Shown here: positions 28,411 to 37,010 of the stretch, piece by piece
Numbering within the stretch: position 1 is the stretch's first letter
Layout: each line of letters opens with the position of its first letter
Origin: a virus
Virus record (IMG/VR): IMGVR_UViG_3300029319_000007
Direction: 5' to 3' (one strand)
DNA: 64,000 bases
Notes under the pieces: model-generated
Told to the model about the DNA's origin: nothing
What the model saw: only the letters and a program-made list of their open reading frames with translations
Databases searched by the model: none
Made by a program: the position numbers and the translations under genes

Positions 28411-29829
28411 TTATTGAAACTTGTATCTAATAATGACAACACCTGAACCACCAGCAGAACCTGCCTGTGCCCCCGAAGCACCGCCTCCACCACCGCCTCT
28501 ATTTGCAGTAGCAGATGTTGCTGCTGAACCGTTATCAGCACCATTACCTGCACCAGTACCACCGGTGCCTTTCGAAGTGTTCCAAGTAGGATTACTTAGA
28601 CCACCACCGCCACCGCCGCCACTATAAACTACAGGCGAACCAGTAATGTGATTTGTTGCACCAGCACCTCCAGCACCAGCAGCATTTCCTGGCACATTTA
28701 AATCTGCACCATCATTACCACTACCAGAACCACCGCCTGCACCACCTCTTACAGAAGGCACACTGCCTTGATTACCTCGACCACCGTCACCTCCTTGAGG
28801 CGGACTCACAGGTGGTGTATTACCATTACCTCGTCCTTGATTCCAACCGCCGCCACCGCCAGATCCACCATTCTCAGCAGAATCGCCAGGACCACCTGAT
28901 CCTCCTCTACCGCCACCAGCGGATGTGATTGTTGAGAAAACTGAATTTGAACCACTTGCACTTGAACTAGGTCCAGGTGCAGCACCGCCACCACCTACTG
29001 TGATAGGAAAAGTTGCTGCTGTAATTGGAACACCTGATGTTGAACTATTTGGGTGTACAGTATATGAACCATGATTACCTGTTTTAGCAGAACGAAGACC
29101 TCCGCCTCCACCTCCACCTGCTTGTTCACCGGGTGTGTTTCCACCACCGCCGCCACCAGCAAGAACAAGATAATCAATAGTGTTATTAGGTCCTAAATTT
29201 GATACAACAAAGTTTCCATCACCAGTAAATGTATGTATCTTCTCATCACCTGATGTTGTGATTGTACCACCTGTAGCAACAATTTGTGTTTGTAAATCTG
29301 CAACATTTGATTCTACTATAACTAACCAACCCTTTGTTGCGTCAATGTAAACATATGTGACTGCTGCTCTGTTTGTTTTTATTTCTTGATCATTAGCAAC
29401 ACCTTGAATGTTATGACCATTTCTCTGAACTGTTAAACTGTTTGTGCCAAAATTACCAGCATAGTCTTTTACAATAATAGTATCGCCTGCACTAGCACTA
29501 GCAGGTAGTTTTACTAAACCTGCCGCACTTGAATTATTTACGAAATATCCTCTACCCGCCACCATTGTAGTCACAGTAGAACCATCTGAAACAACAACTG
29601 ACTGCCATGCTATTTTACCTACATCAGCAGAAGCACCTAATGCTGTTGCTGAACTATTAATAGTAATCGATTCGTTTGCTAATTTTGCGTTTGCAATAGA
29701 ACCTGCTAATTTTGCATTTGTTAAAGTACCTGGTGCAAAATCAACATTAGCAAGACCACCATCTGCTACTTCAGTAGTAGTGATTGATTCGTCTGTTAAT
29801 CCGTTTGTTGTGACTTTTGTTAAGGGCAT
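28411..29829 (-). CDS. Gly/Pro-rich adhesin-like fibre protein, paralog E (start likely ATG 29829, MPLTKV)
   Basis: Aligns with the other paralogs from MPLTKVTT; the longer start overlaps the upstream gene. Confidence 0.8.
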   Translation of the reverse strand: MPLTKVTTNGLTDESITTTEVADGGLANVDFAPGTLTNAKLAGSIANAKLANESITINSSATALGASADVGKIAWQSVVVSDGSTVTTMVAGRGYFVNNSSAAGLVKLPASASAGDTIIVKDYAGNFGTNSLTVQRNGHNIQGVANDQEIKTNRAAVTYVYIDATKGWLVIVESNVADLQTQIVATGGTITTSGDEKIHTFTGDGNFVVSNLGPNNTIDYLVLAGGGGGGNTPGEQAGGGGGGGLRSAKTGNHGSYTVHPNSSTSGVPITAATFPITVGGGGAAPGPSSSASGSNSVFSTITSAGGGRGGSGGPGDSAENGGSGGGGGWNQGRGNGNTPPVSPPQGGDGGRGNQGSVPSVRGGAGGGSGSGNDGADLNVPGNAAGAGGAGATNHITGSPVVYSGGGGGGGLSNPTWNTSKGTGGTGAGNGADNGSAATSATANRGGGGGGASGAQAGSAGGSGVVIIRYKFQ

Positions 29830-29830
29830 A

Positions 29831-30913
29831 TTATACTGCTGTTGTAGGCACTCCGTCTGATGAAACAAATGGGTGTTCAGCTATAGCCCACATTAACATT
29901 GTATCAGAACCGCCATTTATTTTTTGGTTATTACCTCTTATCTTGATACCATTACTACAAAAATCTAAAACAGTTGAAGTTGAAACACTATCGTGGGCAT
30001 TGTTTAAGTTTATGTATAATTGAATATTTTTAGGGTTGAAAGGATGCCTTTCACTATCCCAAACTGTTTTATCTCTTGAACCACTTTCACCATTTATTAT
30101 GATACAATATTTTGGTTTAAATCCTAGATATACAAATGGTGCTGAAGCACCAGATTGTGATTGACCTTCATATCTTACCACTTTTGAATAACCTGGTATG
30201 TTTCGAAAACAATACATGATATAATTATCACCATCTGAATTTGTACCACTATTTGTTCCTACTGTCACATTAGTTGAATCTGGTTTTGTGCTGTTAAATG
30301 CAGTTGCATTTGTAGCAAGTGGGTCTGTATTGTTCATATAAATTATTTGATTATCATTATCCATAACATCTGTCCAATGTGAGAACCAAGAGTTGCCACC
30401 ACCACCTCTATTTTTTACTATAACTAAATTAGGTGCTGCACCTAAACCATGTGCAATCGTTCCGTTAGAACCTGTTCCTACATAATCAATAATTGAAAAA
30501 CCTGCTGTAGTATTTGTTTGTCTATTACCACCAGGATTAGAACCACTTTCGTTAAAAGATGTTGTTGTACCACCATTACATTTCCATTGCCAAGCAACAT
30601 AAGTTGCACTCGATTGGTTATAGTTTTGGTCAGTCGAATCTACATCAAAACCATTTGTTTCAAAAGTAAATTTAGCAGGACTATGTGTATCCTCTGCGTC
30701 AGTTTCATGAAACTTTAATTGTTTATCAGAACCTCTATTTGAATCAAAGACGACATGATTGTCTGCTAAACTTGTAGGTTTAACCCACAACCAGTCGGGT
30801 TTAAAATCACCTGCGTTAGCAGAATTTCTAACTTGTAATCCACTACTACCACTACCTGTGTAATGATTGATAGTGAAGTATTCTGAAGGATCATCTATTG
30901 TTGTATATGCCAT
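29831..30913 (-). CDS. Fibre-associated repeat-domain protein
   Basis: MAYTTIDDPS; two or three repeats of Y.G.G...F.P....K...Y(V/I)(A/M)(W/Y).(W/F). Confidence 0.6.
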   Translation of the reverse strand: MAYTTIDDPSEYFTINHYTGSGSSGLQVRNSANAGDFKPDWLWVKPTSLADNHVVFDSNRGSDKQLKFHETDAEDTHSPAKFTFETNGFDVDSTDQNYNQSSATYVAWQWKCNGGTTTSFNESGSNPGGNRQTNTTAGFSIIDYVGTGSNGTIAHGLGAAPNLVIVKNRGGGGNSWFSHWTDVMDNDNQIIYMNNTDPLATNATAFNSTKPDSTNVTVGTNSGTNSDGDNYIMYCFRNIPGYSKVVRYEGQSQSGASAPFVYLGFKPKYCIIINGESGSRDKTVWDSERHPFNPKNIQLYINLNNAHDSVSTSTVLDFCSNGIKIRGNNQKINGGSDTMLMWAIAEHPFVSSDGVPTTAV

Positions 30914-30914
30914 T

Positions 30915-32381
30915 TTAACCGTACTCCGCTAAATTTTTTGTGTTTAATGCATAGTAACCACTAGGAGGTGAGTAGTAAAAATCACCATAACTATTTCCGT
31001 CTGCGTTACCTTGTGCAGTTGCTTTACCTGCAAAACTTCCATCTTGACCAAAGTTCCAAACAGATTGTGCGCCACCACCGCCGCCACCATCATATCCTAA
31101 CATCATAACACCTACAGCAGTTGATAGTGTCCATGACAATTGTTCGTTAGAACCACTTGCAGGATTACCACTATTGATGTATGTGCCATTTCTACCTATC
31201 CATAATTTTCTATTATCTAAGTCTAAAGCAAATTGCACTATATCATTATCTGCAAAAGTAGGCCAACCTGTATTTGTATTTGTTATAGAACCTAAAAATG
31301 TATTACTTTGATTATTTGTGGCACCATCTATTTCAAAACCTGCTGCCATCTTACTACCATTTGCATTTTTTTGATTTAAATTTCTTTGATCTACAATACC
31401 AAAGAAAGGATAGTCACCACCACTTGGACTTTCTAAATACAATTCAACATACCATTTACCTTTATCAGGCATAATTGTTGGGGCAATACCTGCACTATCA
31501 CTTGTACCATGTGCATATTGTTGTAAATTACCTTCACGCATTTCTGGTTCATCAGCACCTGCTGTTAGTAAATTCATTACTGCATAATTATTTGTGCAAG
31601 TGTCTGTCACAATATCTGTGGCTGCAAGATTAGTCACCGTAAAATGTTTATCATTACCAGATGTATCTGCACCTATACCACTAGAGTTTGCACTTGTGCC
31701 TGTTTGTTTAAATTGTAAAAAATGGCCATTGTTTCCATAAGTTCCTGTGTATGCTTTTGGAACCCAAACACCGTTAGTATTAAATTCTCCGAAAAAACTA
31801 GCATCATATTCTACACCATCGATAACATTTACCTCAGTAATATAACCATCATAGTATTGTGATGAACCCTCTCTTGTTCCTATAAAAACAGTAGTGTTAT
31901 CATTAAAATGTTTAAATGTTGAATCCCAAGTTGCAGTTGAAGCCCAATCTGTATATCTTGTTCCGTTAATATACAATTTTACTCTATCTTCGTTTGTACT
32001 ATTATCTGAATCCGTTGAAACTACTATATGATACCACGCTGATACATCTCTAAATACACGGTTTGTCATTCGTGAACCTGCGTCACTTCCACCTGAAACA
32101 TTTATGATTTCTAATCCAGCAGGTGCTGTACCTGCATCATTTGCTCTCAAATTAATACGAAAATAATTGTTAGCGTCAACATAGTGATTGTATAATATTT
32201 GTTGAGCTGCTATTGAACCTCTTTTAATCCAAAAAGAAAATGTGCCATTAGTATTACTACCACTTGCACTAGAACCTAATGCTAATCTTAAATCAGGACT
32301 ATCATCATCATTAAACCTAAGCGAATTACTTATTTCGTATGCTGCTGATTCTGTATTGGCACCTAGTATAGGGAATACCAT
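30915..32381 (-). CDS. LamG/ConA-like lectin plus SPRY-domain fibre protein
   Basis: TFSFWIKR, WYHIVV, VKLYING (LamG); GKWYVE, ALDLDNRKLWIGRNG (SPRY). Confidence 0.75.
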   Translation of the reverse strand: MVFPILGANTESAAYEISNSLRFNDDDSPDLRLALGSSASGSNTNGTFSFWIKRGSIAAQQILYNHYVDANNYFRINLRANDAGTAPAGLEIINVSGGSDAGSRMTNRVFRDVSAWYHIVVSTDSDNSTNEDRVKLYINGTRYTDWASTATWDSTFKHFNDNTTVFIGTREGSSQYYDGYITEVNVIDGVEYDASFFGEFNTNGVWVPKAYTGTYGNNGHFLQFKQTGTSANSSGIGADTSGNDKHFTVTNLAATDIVTDTCTNNYAVMNLLTAGADEPEMREGNLQQYAHGTSDSAGIAPTIMPDKGKWYVELYLESPSGGDYPFFGIVDQRNLNQKNANGSKMAAGFEIDGATNNQSNTFLGSITNTNTGWPTFADNDIVQFALDLDNRKLWIGRNGTYINSGNPASGSNEQLSWTLSTAVGVMMLGYDGGGGGGAQSVWNFGQDGSFAGKATAQGNADGNSYGDFYYSPPSGYYALNTKNLAEYG

Positions 32382-32385
32382 TATA

Positions 32386-33006
32386 TTACTCCTTTACTGG
32401 AAATTCGCCTAATGGTCTTGATGTCACTCCGTCTGTGGTTGTGTAAGTAAATAATGCTGCTAATGCGTCAACATTTGCTGCGTTATCTATTTGTGTTTGC
32501 ATTGAATTACATTTTGTTCTCATATTACCACGCCAAGTTTTCCAACCACTATCCATTGCACTTCCAGTTTCTTGTTCTTTAATTACTCTCCAATCACTTG
32601 GTTGTAAGAGAGCATGACATTGTTGTTCAATGCCATTTTTCTTAATTGTTTTTAAACCTTCTTGTTTTAAATCACCTACATCTTTACCTGTGGGTATGTC
32701 ACCATTAGATTTATCTGTATTAGTGTATAGTAAATCTACTAAAGATTTCGCCGTTGCTGTACCATAAGAACCTTTTACTTTATCAGCGCTACTATCATAA
32801 CTGTAAGTGATCGCAGTATTCAAATAGTATTCATCACTTTTTTTATTTGTTTCATCAATCTCTACTGTATAAACACCAATAGCATTTCTTTCTGCTTCTG
32901 TCCATAATGAAAATATACTAGCAGGATGTTTTAAATCACCTATAGTAATACCTTTATTGCCATTTGGCATTGATGTAATTTTTCCTGATTCTACTACTGC
33001 GAACAT
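32386..33006 (-). CDS. Tail fibre assembly chaperone-like protein
   Basis: LLQPSDWRVIK...WKTWR..MR motif. Confidence 0.6.
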   Translation of the reverse strand: MFAVVESGKITSMPNGNKGITIGDLKHPASIFSLWTEAERNAIGVYTVEIDETNKKSDEYYLNTAITYSYDSSADKVKGSYGTATAKSLVDLLYTNTDKSNGDIPTGKDVGDLKQEGLKTIKKNGIEQQCHALLQPSDWRVIKEQETGSAMDSGWKTWRGNMRTKCNSMQTQIDNAANVDALAALFTYTTTDGVTSRPLGEFPVKE

Positions 33007-33014
33007 TATAACTC

Positions 33015-34019
33015 CTATGATAAGGTTAGGTTTAAGTTTCTACCTACCTCTAAAAATTTTGATCCATTATATCTAAACACAAATAAGTCACCCTTTGCTG
33101 CTGTTGTTGTAAGTGTTGGTGCTGTGTCATCTTTAAACTCGTATGCCGCATTGAACGATAATGTTCTACTACCTGTACCATCTTGTATTACAAGTAAAGA
33201 AATAAATTGTCCTGTTTGTGCATTTGTTGCTGCACCTAATGCTCTACTAGCACCTAGTGTCACCTTTGCAACAGGACTTGTGCCTACATCCCAAGATATT
33301 GTTGAAGCGTCTGTTAGTGTTGCTTCTGGATGTAATGCTGCTCTTGTGAAAGATGTAAAACCTACACCGGAACCATCATCAAATTTTACTAACTCATTAC
33401 CATCAAACTGTTGAATGACAATATCTTTTGCGTCAACCATTGGTTTTAAAACTGTATCACCACTTGAACTTTTTATTTGTAAGTGATTTGTATTTGCAAT
33501 CTTAATATCAATCTGATCGTCAGTTGTACCTGCTGTAATTGTTGTATCAGCGTCAGCGTCTAATATTAAAGTAGAACCATTTAAATCTAAAGATGTTGCA
33601 ACTGTTGGTGTTGTAAGTGTTGGACTTGTAAATAAATTTGCAATCGTTGCCTCTTTTAAAGCAGAGGCACTTGTATCATGTATTAAAATACTATCACCAG
33701 TTGCTGGTGCTTCACCTAAATCTGTTTGAGATGTGATTGAACTTGTTGATAATAAACCACTAGTATCTAATGCAAGACCTAAGAATATAACAAATACTGA
33801 ATCGCCACTTGCTGGGGCAGCAGTAAATACTATTTTAGTGCCACCATCTGAAATACCATAAGCACCAGTTGGGTCTTGAACAACACCTGCTACAGATACT
33901 AAAACAGAAGAACTTGAACCTACCGCATAGTTTAATGTAAATGTTGTTGTTGAACCATCAGCAGTTATCGTTTGTCTTTCAAATGCCCCATAAGAAGGTT
34001 CTCTTGCTATATATGCCAT
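33015..34019 (-). CDS. Tail fibre protein
   Basis: MAYI start, DGSTTTF..V.V.GVVQ.P domain, ILDADAD..TDDQIDIKIA, C-terminal QDGTGSRT..PTLTT domain. Confidence 0.7.
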   Translation of the reverse strand: MAYIAREPSYGAFERQTITADGSTTTFTLNYAVGSSSSVLVSVAGVVQDPTGAYGISDGGTKIVFTAAPASGDSVFVIFLGLALDTSGLLSTSSITSQTDLGEAPATGDSILIHDTSASALKEATIANLFTSPTLTTPTVATSLDLNGSTLILDADADTTITAGTTDDQIDIKIANTNHLQIKSSSGDTVLKPMVDAKDIVIQQFDGNELVKFDDGSGVGFTSFTRAALHPEATLTDASTISWDVGTSPVAKVTLGASRALGAATNAQTGQFISLLVIQDGTGSRTLSFNAAYEFKDDTAPTLTTTAAKGDLFVFRYNGSKFLEVGRNLNLTLS

Positions 34020-34040
34020 ACTCTTTTATTTATTCCTTTT

Positions 34041-34253
34041 TTATAATTTGTCCATTTCTGCTTTTACTTTAGTCCATGTTATTTCTGAGTGAGGACAAGT
34101 TGTTGTCGAAATCAGTTGACCATCAGAATCTTCTCCTGTTTTCCATGATACTTTATTAAATTCTGCTTCAGTTGTTATTTCTCCAATAAAAACCATTTCT
34201 GCATCCGCTTTTAATGTACGAACTGCTTTTACAAATTTCGATATATTATCCAT
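34041..34253 (-). CDS. Small hypothetical fibre-associated protein
   Basis: 70 aa, coupled to the upstream gene. Confidence 0.5.
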   Translation of the reverse strand: MDNISKFVKAVRTLKADAEMVFIGEITTEAEFNKVSWKTGEDSDGQLISTTTCPHSEITWTKVKAEMDKL

Positions 34254-34762
34254 TATGCTAACACCTCTAATAATTGAATATAAGATTCTTTACTATTTTG
34301 TTGAAATCTTGCTGTACCATTACTTCCTGTATTACTAATTGCACCTTGTGTTTTATATGTCACACTACTTGTGCTTGATGGAGAGTCCACATACATTAAA
34401 GAAGTAAGTCCTCCATTTTTTATAGCACCAACACCGCCTGCTTCAATCCACCATATATTAGACCACTCATGAATTGCAGTTGAATCTCTCATTAATTTAT
34501 ATTTTAACCAACCATCTTCATTGTCTCTATCAGTTGCAGATATTTGCGAAATCATAATTAAAACTTTACTAGATGTTGCTGATGGAGTTATAGAAGCCGA
34601 TAGGTTGGTATCTGCTAAAGTTGTTGAAGCAATATTTGTAGCAGTAGTTGATGTTGCTTGCACGACTTGTGCTATTTTTCCAACACCACCCACAACACCT
34701 GTACTTAGCAGTTTACCTGCTGTTGTTATTAAATTTGCATGTCCTCTTGTTATTGCACCCAT
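34253..34762 (-). CDS. Fibre tip beta-sandwich protein
   Basis: GKIAQVVQ, SITPSATSSKVLI, DSPSSTSSVTYK, C-terminal LLEV. Confidence 0.6.
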   Translation of the reverse strand: MGAITRGHANLITTAGKLLSTGVVGGVGKIAQVVQATSTTATNIASTTLADTNLSASITPSATSSKVLIMISQISATDRDNEDGWLKYKLMRDSTAIHEWSNIWWIEAGGVGAIKNGGLTSLMYVDSPSSTSSVTYKTQGAISNTGSNGTARFQQNSKESYIQLLEVLA

Positions 34763-34770
34763 TTTTTATC

Positions 34771-35475
34771 CTACTGTATTGGTAAAAACCTAAAAGTTAT
34801 TTCTGCACTACTCGCTGGAGCAGTTTGAAAAGTTAGTGTTGTTCCTGATATTGTATAGTCGTCTGTAGGAACTAAACAGATACCATTTACAAAAACTAAA
34901 ACATCATTGACAGCACGACCACTTGTTATTGTAAATCCAGTAGTTGAACCATCACCTGTTGCTTTACTGTGTGTGTATTGTGCTGCTAGAGGATTAAATC
35001 CTGTAGCAGTACCACTATTTACTATTGAACTGCCTGATAAGATAGTAAAAGTATTAGCAGTAAATCTGAAATCATCAGCACCTGCAATCTTAATATCAAT
35101 CTGATCGTCTGTATCTGCGGTAATACTTGTATCACCATCAGCGTCTAATATTAACTCTGTTCCATTATAATCTGCTATATTAGCAAATGCTTCATTACTA
35201 AAAGTTGTTATAACATATATTTCTGCTGAAGCAACTGGCGCACTAGAGAATGTAATTCTTTTTAAATCACCTGATCCATCTACCCCTAATGTGTACGCTT
35301 TACCACTACCTGGTTCTTGTCTAACATTTTCAACAAATACTTGTAAAGCATTCTCACCACCCGCAGGTACTTTGTTTGCTAAATCAAATGTTGTTGTAGA
35401 ACCGTCACCTGTAAAAGTATCCTTTGTAGGTGCAACTCTAAAGTTAGATGTTGGTCTTGAACCTATATACGCCAT
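34771..35475 (-). CDS. Tail fibre/baseplate-associated protein
   Basis: Two GDGSTT.F..VFV domains flanking an ILDADGDTSITADTDDQIDIKIAG module. Confidence 0.7.
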   Translation of the reverse strand: MAYIGSRPTSNFRVAPTKDTFTGDGSTTTFDLANKVPAGGENALQVFVENVRQEPGSGKAYTLGVDGSGDLKRITFSSAPVASAEIYVITTFSNEAFANIADYNGTELILDADGDTSITADTDDQIDIKIAGADDFRFTANTFTILSGSSIVNSGTATGFNPLAAQYTHSKATGDGSTTGFTITSGRAVNDVLVFVNGICLVPTDDYTISGTTLTFQTAPASSAEITFRFLPIQ

Positions 35476-35490
35476 TCGTTAGTCCTTTTT

Positions 35491-35862
35491 TTACACATCT
35501 TCTAGTACAGATACAATACCGTCAGCGGCACTTGCTGTACTTGAAGTCATTTTTAATACATCACCGGCAGATCCACTATGTTGTAATACAAGTTTGTTTC
35601 CTGACATAACCTCTAGTGAGGAACCTGCAGGAATACTTGCGTCTTTCACAACATAAACATCATCACTCGCACCGCCAAGAGCGTCAATAAATACATCACA
35701 AGTTATACCTGCTGTTGATTTGTTTGCAATAGTGATTCCGATGACTATACTTTCTAATGCTGAAGAACCTGACCCGGCAGGCACAGTATAGACTGTACTA
35801 CCTGAAGCACCTTCTCCAGTACCTATGTCTTTTTTGACAAATCTTTTAAAATCGTTAGCCAT
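35491..35862 (-). CDS. Small structural protein that typically follows AIA.A.ALG-ending fibres
   Basis: MANDFK, VYTVP, IGITIAN, IPAGSSLE...GNKLVL...D. Confidence 0.6.
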   Translation of the reverse strand: MANDFKRFVKKDIGTGEGASGSTVYTVPAGSGSSALESIVIGITIANKSTAGITCDVFIDALGGASDDVYVVKDASIPAGSSLEVMSGNKLVLQHSGSAGDVLKMTSSTASAADGIVSVLEDV

Positions 35863-35878
35863 TTGTTATCCTTTTTAC

Positions 35879-35886
35879 TATTTATA
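35879..35886 (-). promoter_or_regulatory. Late promoter TATAAATA
   Basis: Perfect box followed by an AAGGA SD. Confidence 0.75.
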
Positions 35887-35887
35887 C

Positions 35888-36790
35888 TTATCCTAATGCA
35901 ACCGCCTGAGCAATTGCGAAAGCATTTGTTGCTAATGCAACACCGCCTTTTGTAATGTTTCCAGCCTCAATAGTTCCAGTCGTTGTCAAATTCTCATTAC
36001 CAAATGATATTGCACCTGAACTATCTGTTATAGAACCACCTGTGACTGTTAATATTGCTGATCCAGTTGTATCAGCAAAACTTGTTGATGATGTTCTTGC
36101 AAGGTTACCCATAAGAGAGTGTGAAGAACATTGATAATACAATCTTTGAGGCGTTGCAGTTGATACTACTATTTGTGTATATGCACCTGAACTACCTGGT
36201 GTACCATTTGTTGTGACACCTGTTGTATATTGTGTATTTTTTCCAGAATCTAGATAGAATGCTAATGGGTGTGAACTATTAGAACTATCTGATTGATCAA
36301 ATCTATATGTATTACCTGGTTCAAATTGTATGAAAGGTGCTTCTACACCATTAAGAGTATATCCTAATGATGAACCTGAACCATGGTATATATGAGCAGA
36401 TGTTTTAGTTATTCTCTTTACTTCAATTTCTGTATATGTATTTGAACCATCAGCATTATGTTGTGCCCCTAATAAATCAAAGTAAACATTTTCTGATACA
36501 TCATTTGCAATCGCAAGTGTTAAAGTATCAGTTGCACTTACAGTAGCAGAAATACTTGTGCCTGTGACTAATAAAGTATTACCTGTGACAATTGTTTGTG
36601 TAGTAGAACCATCAGATAAAGTAAAACCAGTACCAGTTATACTAGTATTAATTTCATTTACTGCTGCTACAATCGAACCTTTAGCAGTTGTGCCTAAAGA
36701 TGATAAGTCACCAACATCAGTACCTAACGAATTAAAAGTCGTTCTAAAATTATCTAATGTTTGTGTCGTTGCTACACTTCTTACTGCCAT
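35888..36790 (-). CDS. Fibre protein with a cupredoxin-like domain
   Basis: TYRFDQSD.SN..HPL.F ... LYYQCSSHSLMG; C-terminal AIAQAVALG. Confidence 0.7.
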   Translation of the reverse strand: MAVRSVATTQTLDNFRTTFNSLGTDVGDLSSLGTTAKGSIVAAVNEINTSITGTGFTLSDGSTTQTIVTGNTLLVTGTSISATVSATDTLTLAIANDVSENVYFDLLGAQHNADGSNTYTEIEVKRITKTSAHIYHGSGSSLGYTLNGVEAPFIQFEPGNTYRFDQSDSSNSSHPLAFYLDSGKNTQYTTGVTTNGTPGSSGAYTQIVVSTATPQRLYYQCSSHSLMGNLARTSSTSFADTTGSAILTVTGGSITDSSGAISFGNENLTTTGTIEAGNITKGGVALATNAFAIAQAVALG

Positions 36791-36791
36791 T

Positions 36792-37010
36792 TTACTTTAC
36801 CAATTTTCCTAATAATTCTTTTATTTCAGATAACTCTGCTTTTAAATTATTTATTTCTCTTACAGCATATCTCAAATCATTATTACTTTTTCTTGCCTCT
36901 CTAACTCTTTGCATATAAATTGAATAGGCATTTTTATCTGTGTTCACAATACCATTAGATACTCTTTCTCTTACTAATGATGTGTGCCCTTCTACTTTTA
37001 TATAACTCAT
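36792..37010 (-). CDS. Small coiled-coil protein downstream of the DUF4815-like gene
   Basis: KVEGH..LVR....GIVNTD...Y...EINNLK.ELSEIK.LL. Confidence 0.6.
   Translation of the reverse strand: MSYIKVEGHTSLVRERVSNGIVNTDKNAYSIYMQRVREARKSNNDLRYAVREINNLKAELSEIKELLGKLVK

Noticed and set aside
19985-29829. Diversity-generating retroelement or invertible shufflon acting on the adhesin paralogs
   Set aside because: No reverse transcriptase or recombinase in the window, no near-identical template differing only at adenines, no inverted crossover sites; all copies are full co-oriented genes
19985-29829. Collagen-like triple helix
   Set aside because: Gly occurs in runs (GGGGG, GGxG), not sustained Gly-X-Y; a PPII bundle fits better
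29830-29868. Extended N-terminus of adhesin E given in the ORF track
   Set aside because: Overlaps the upstream gene; paralog alignment supports ATG 29829
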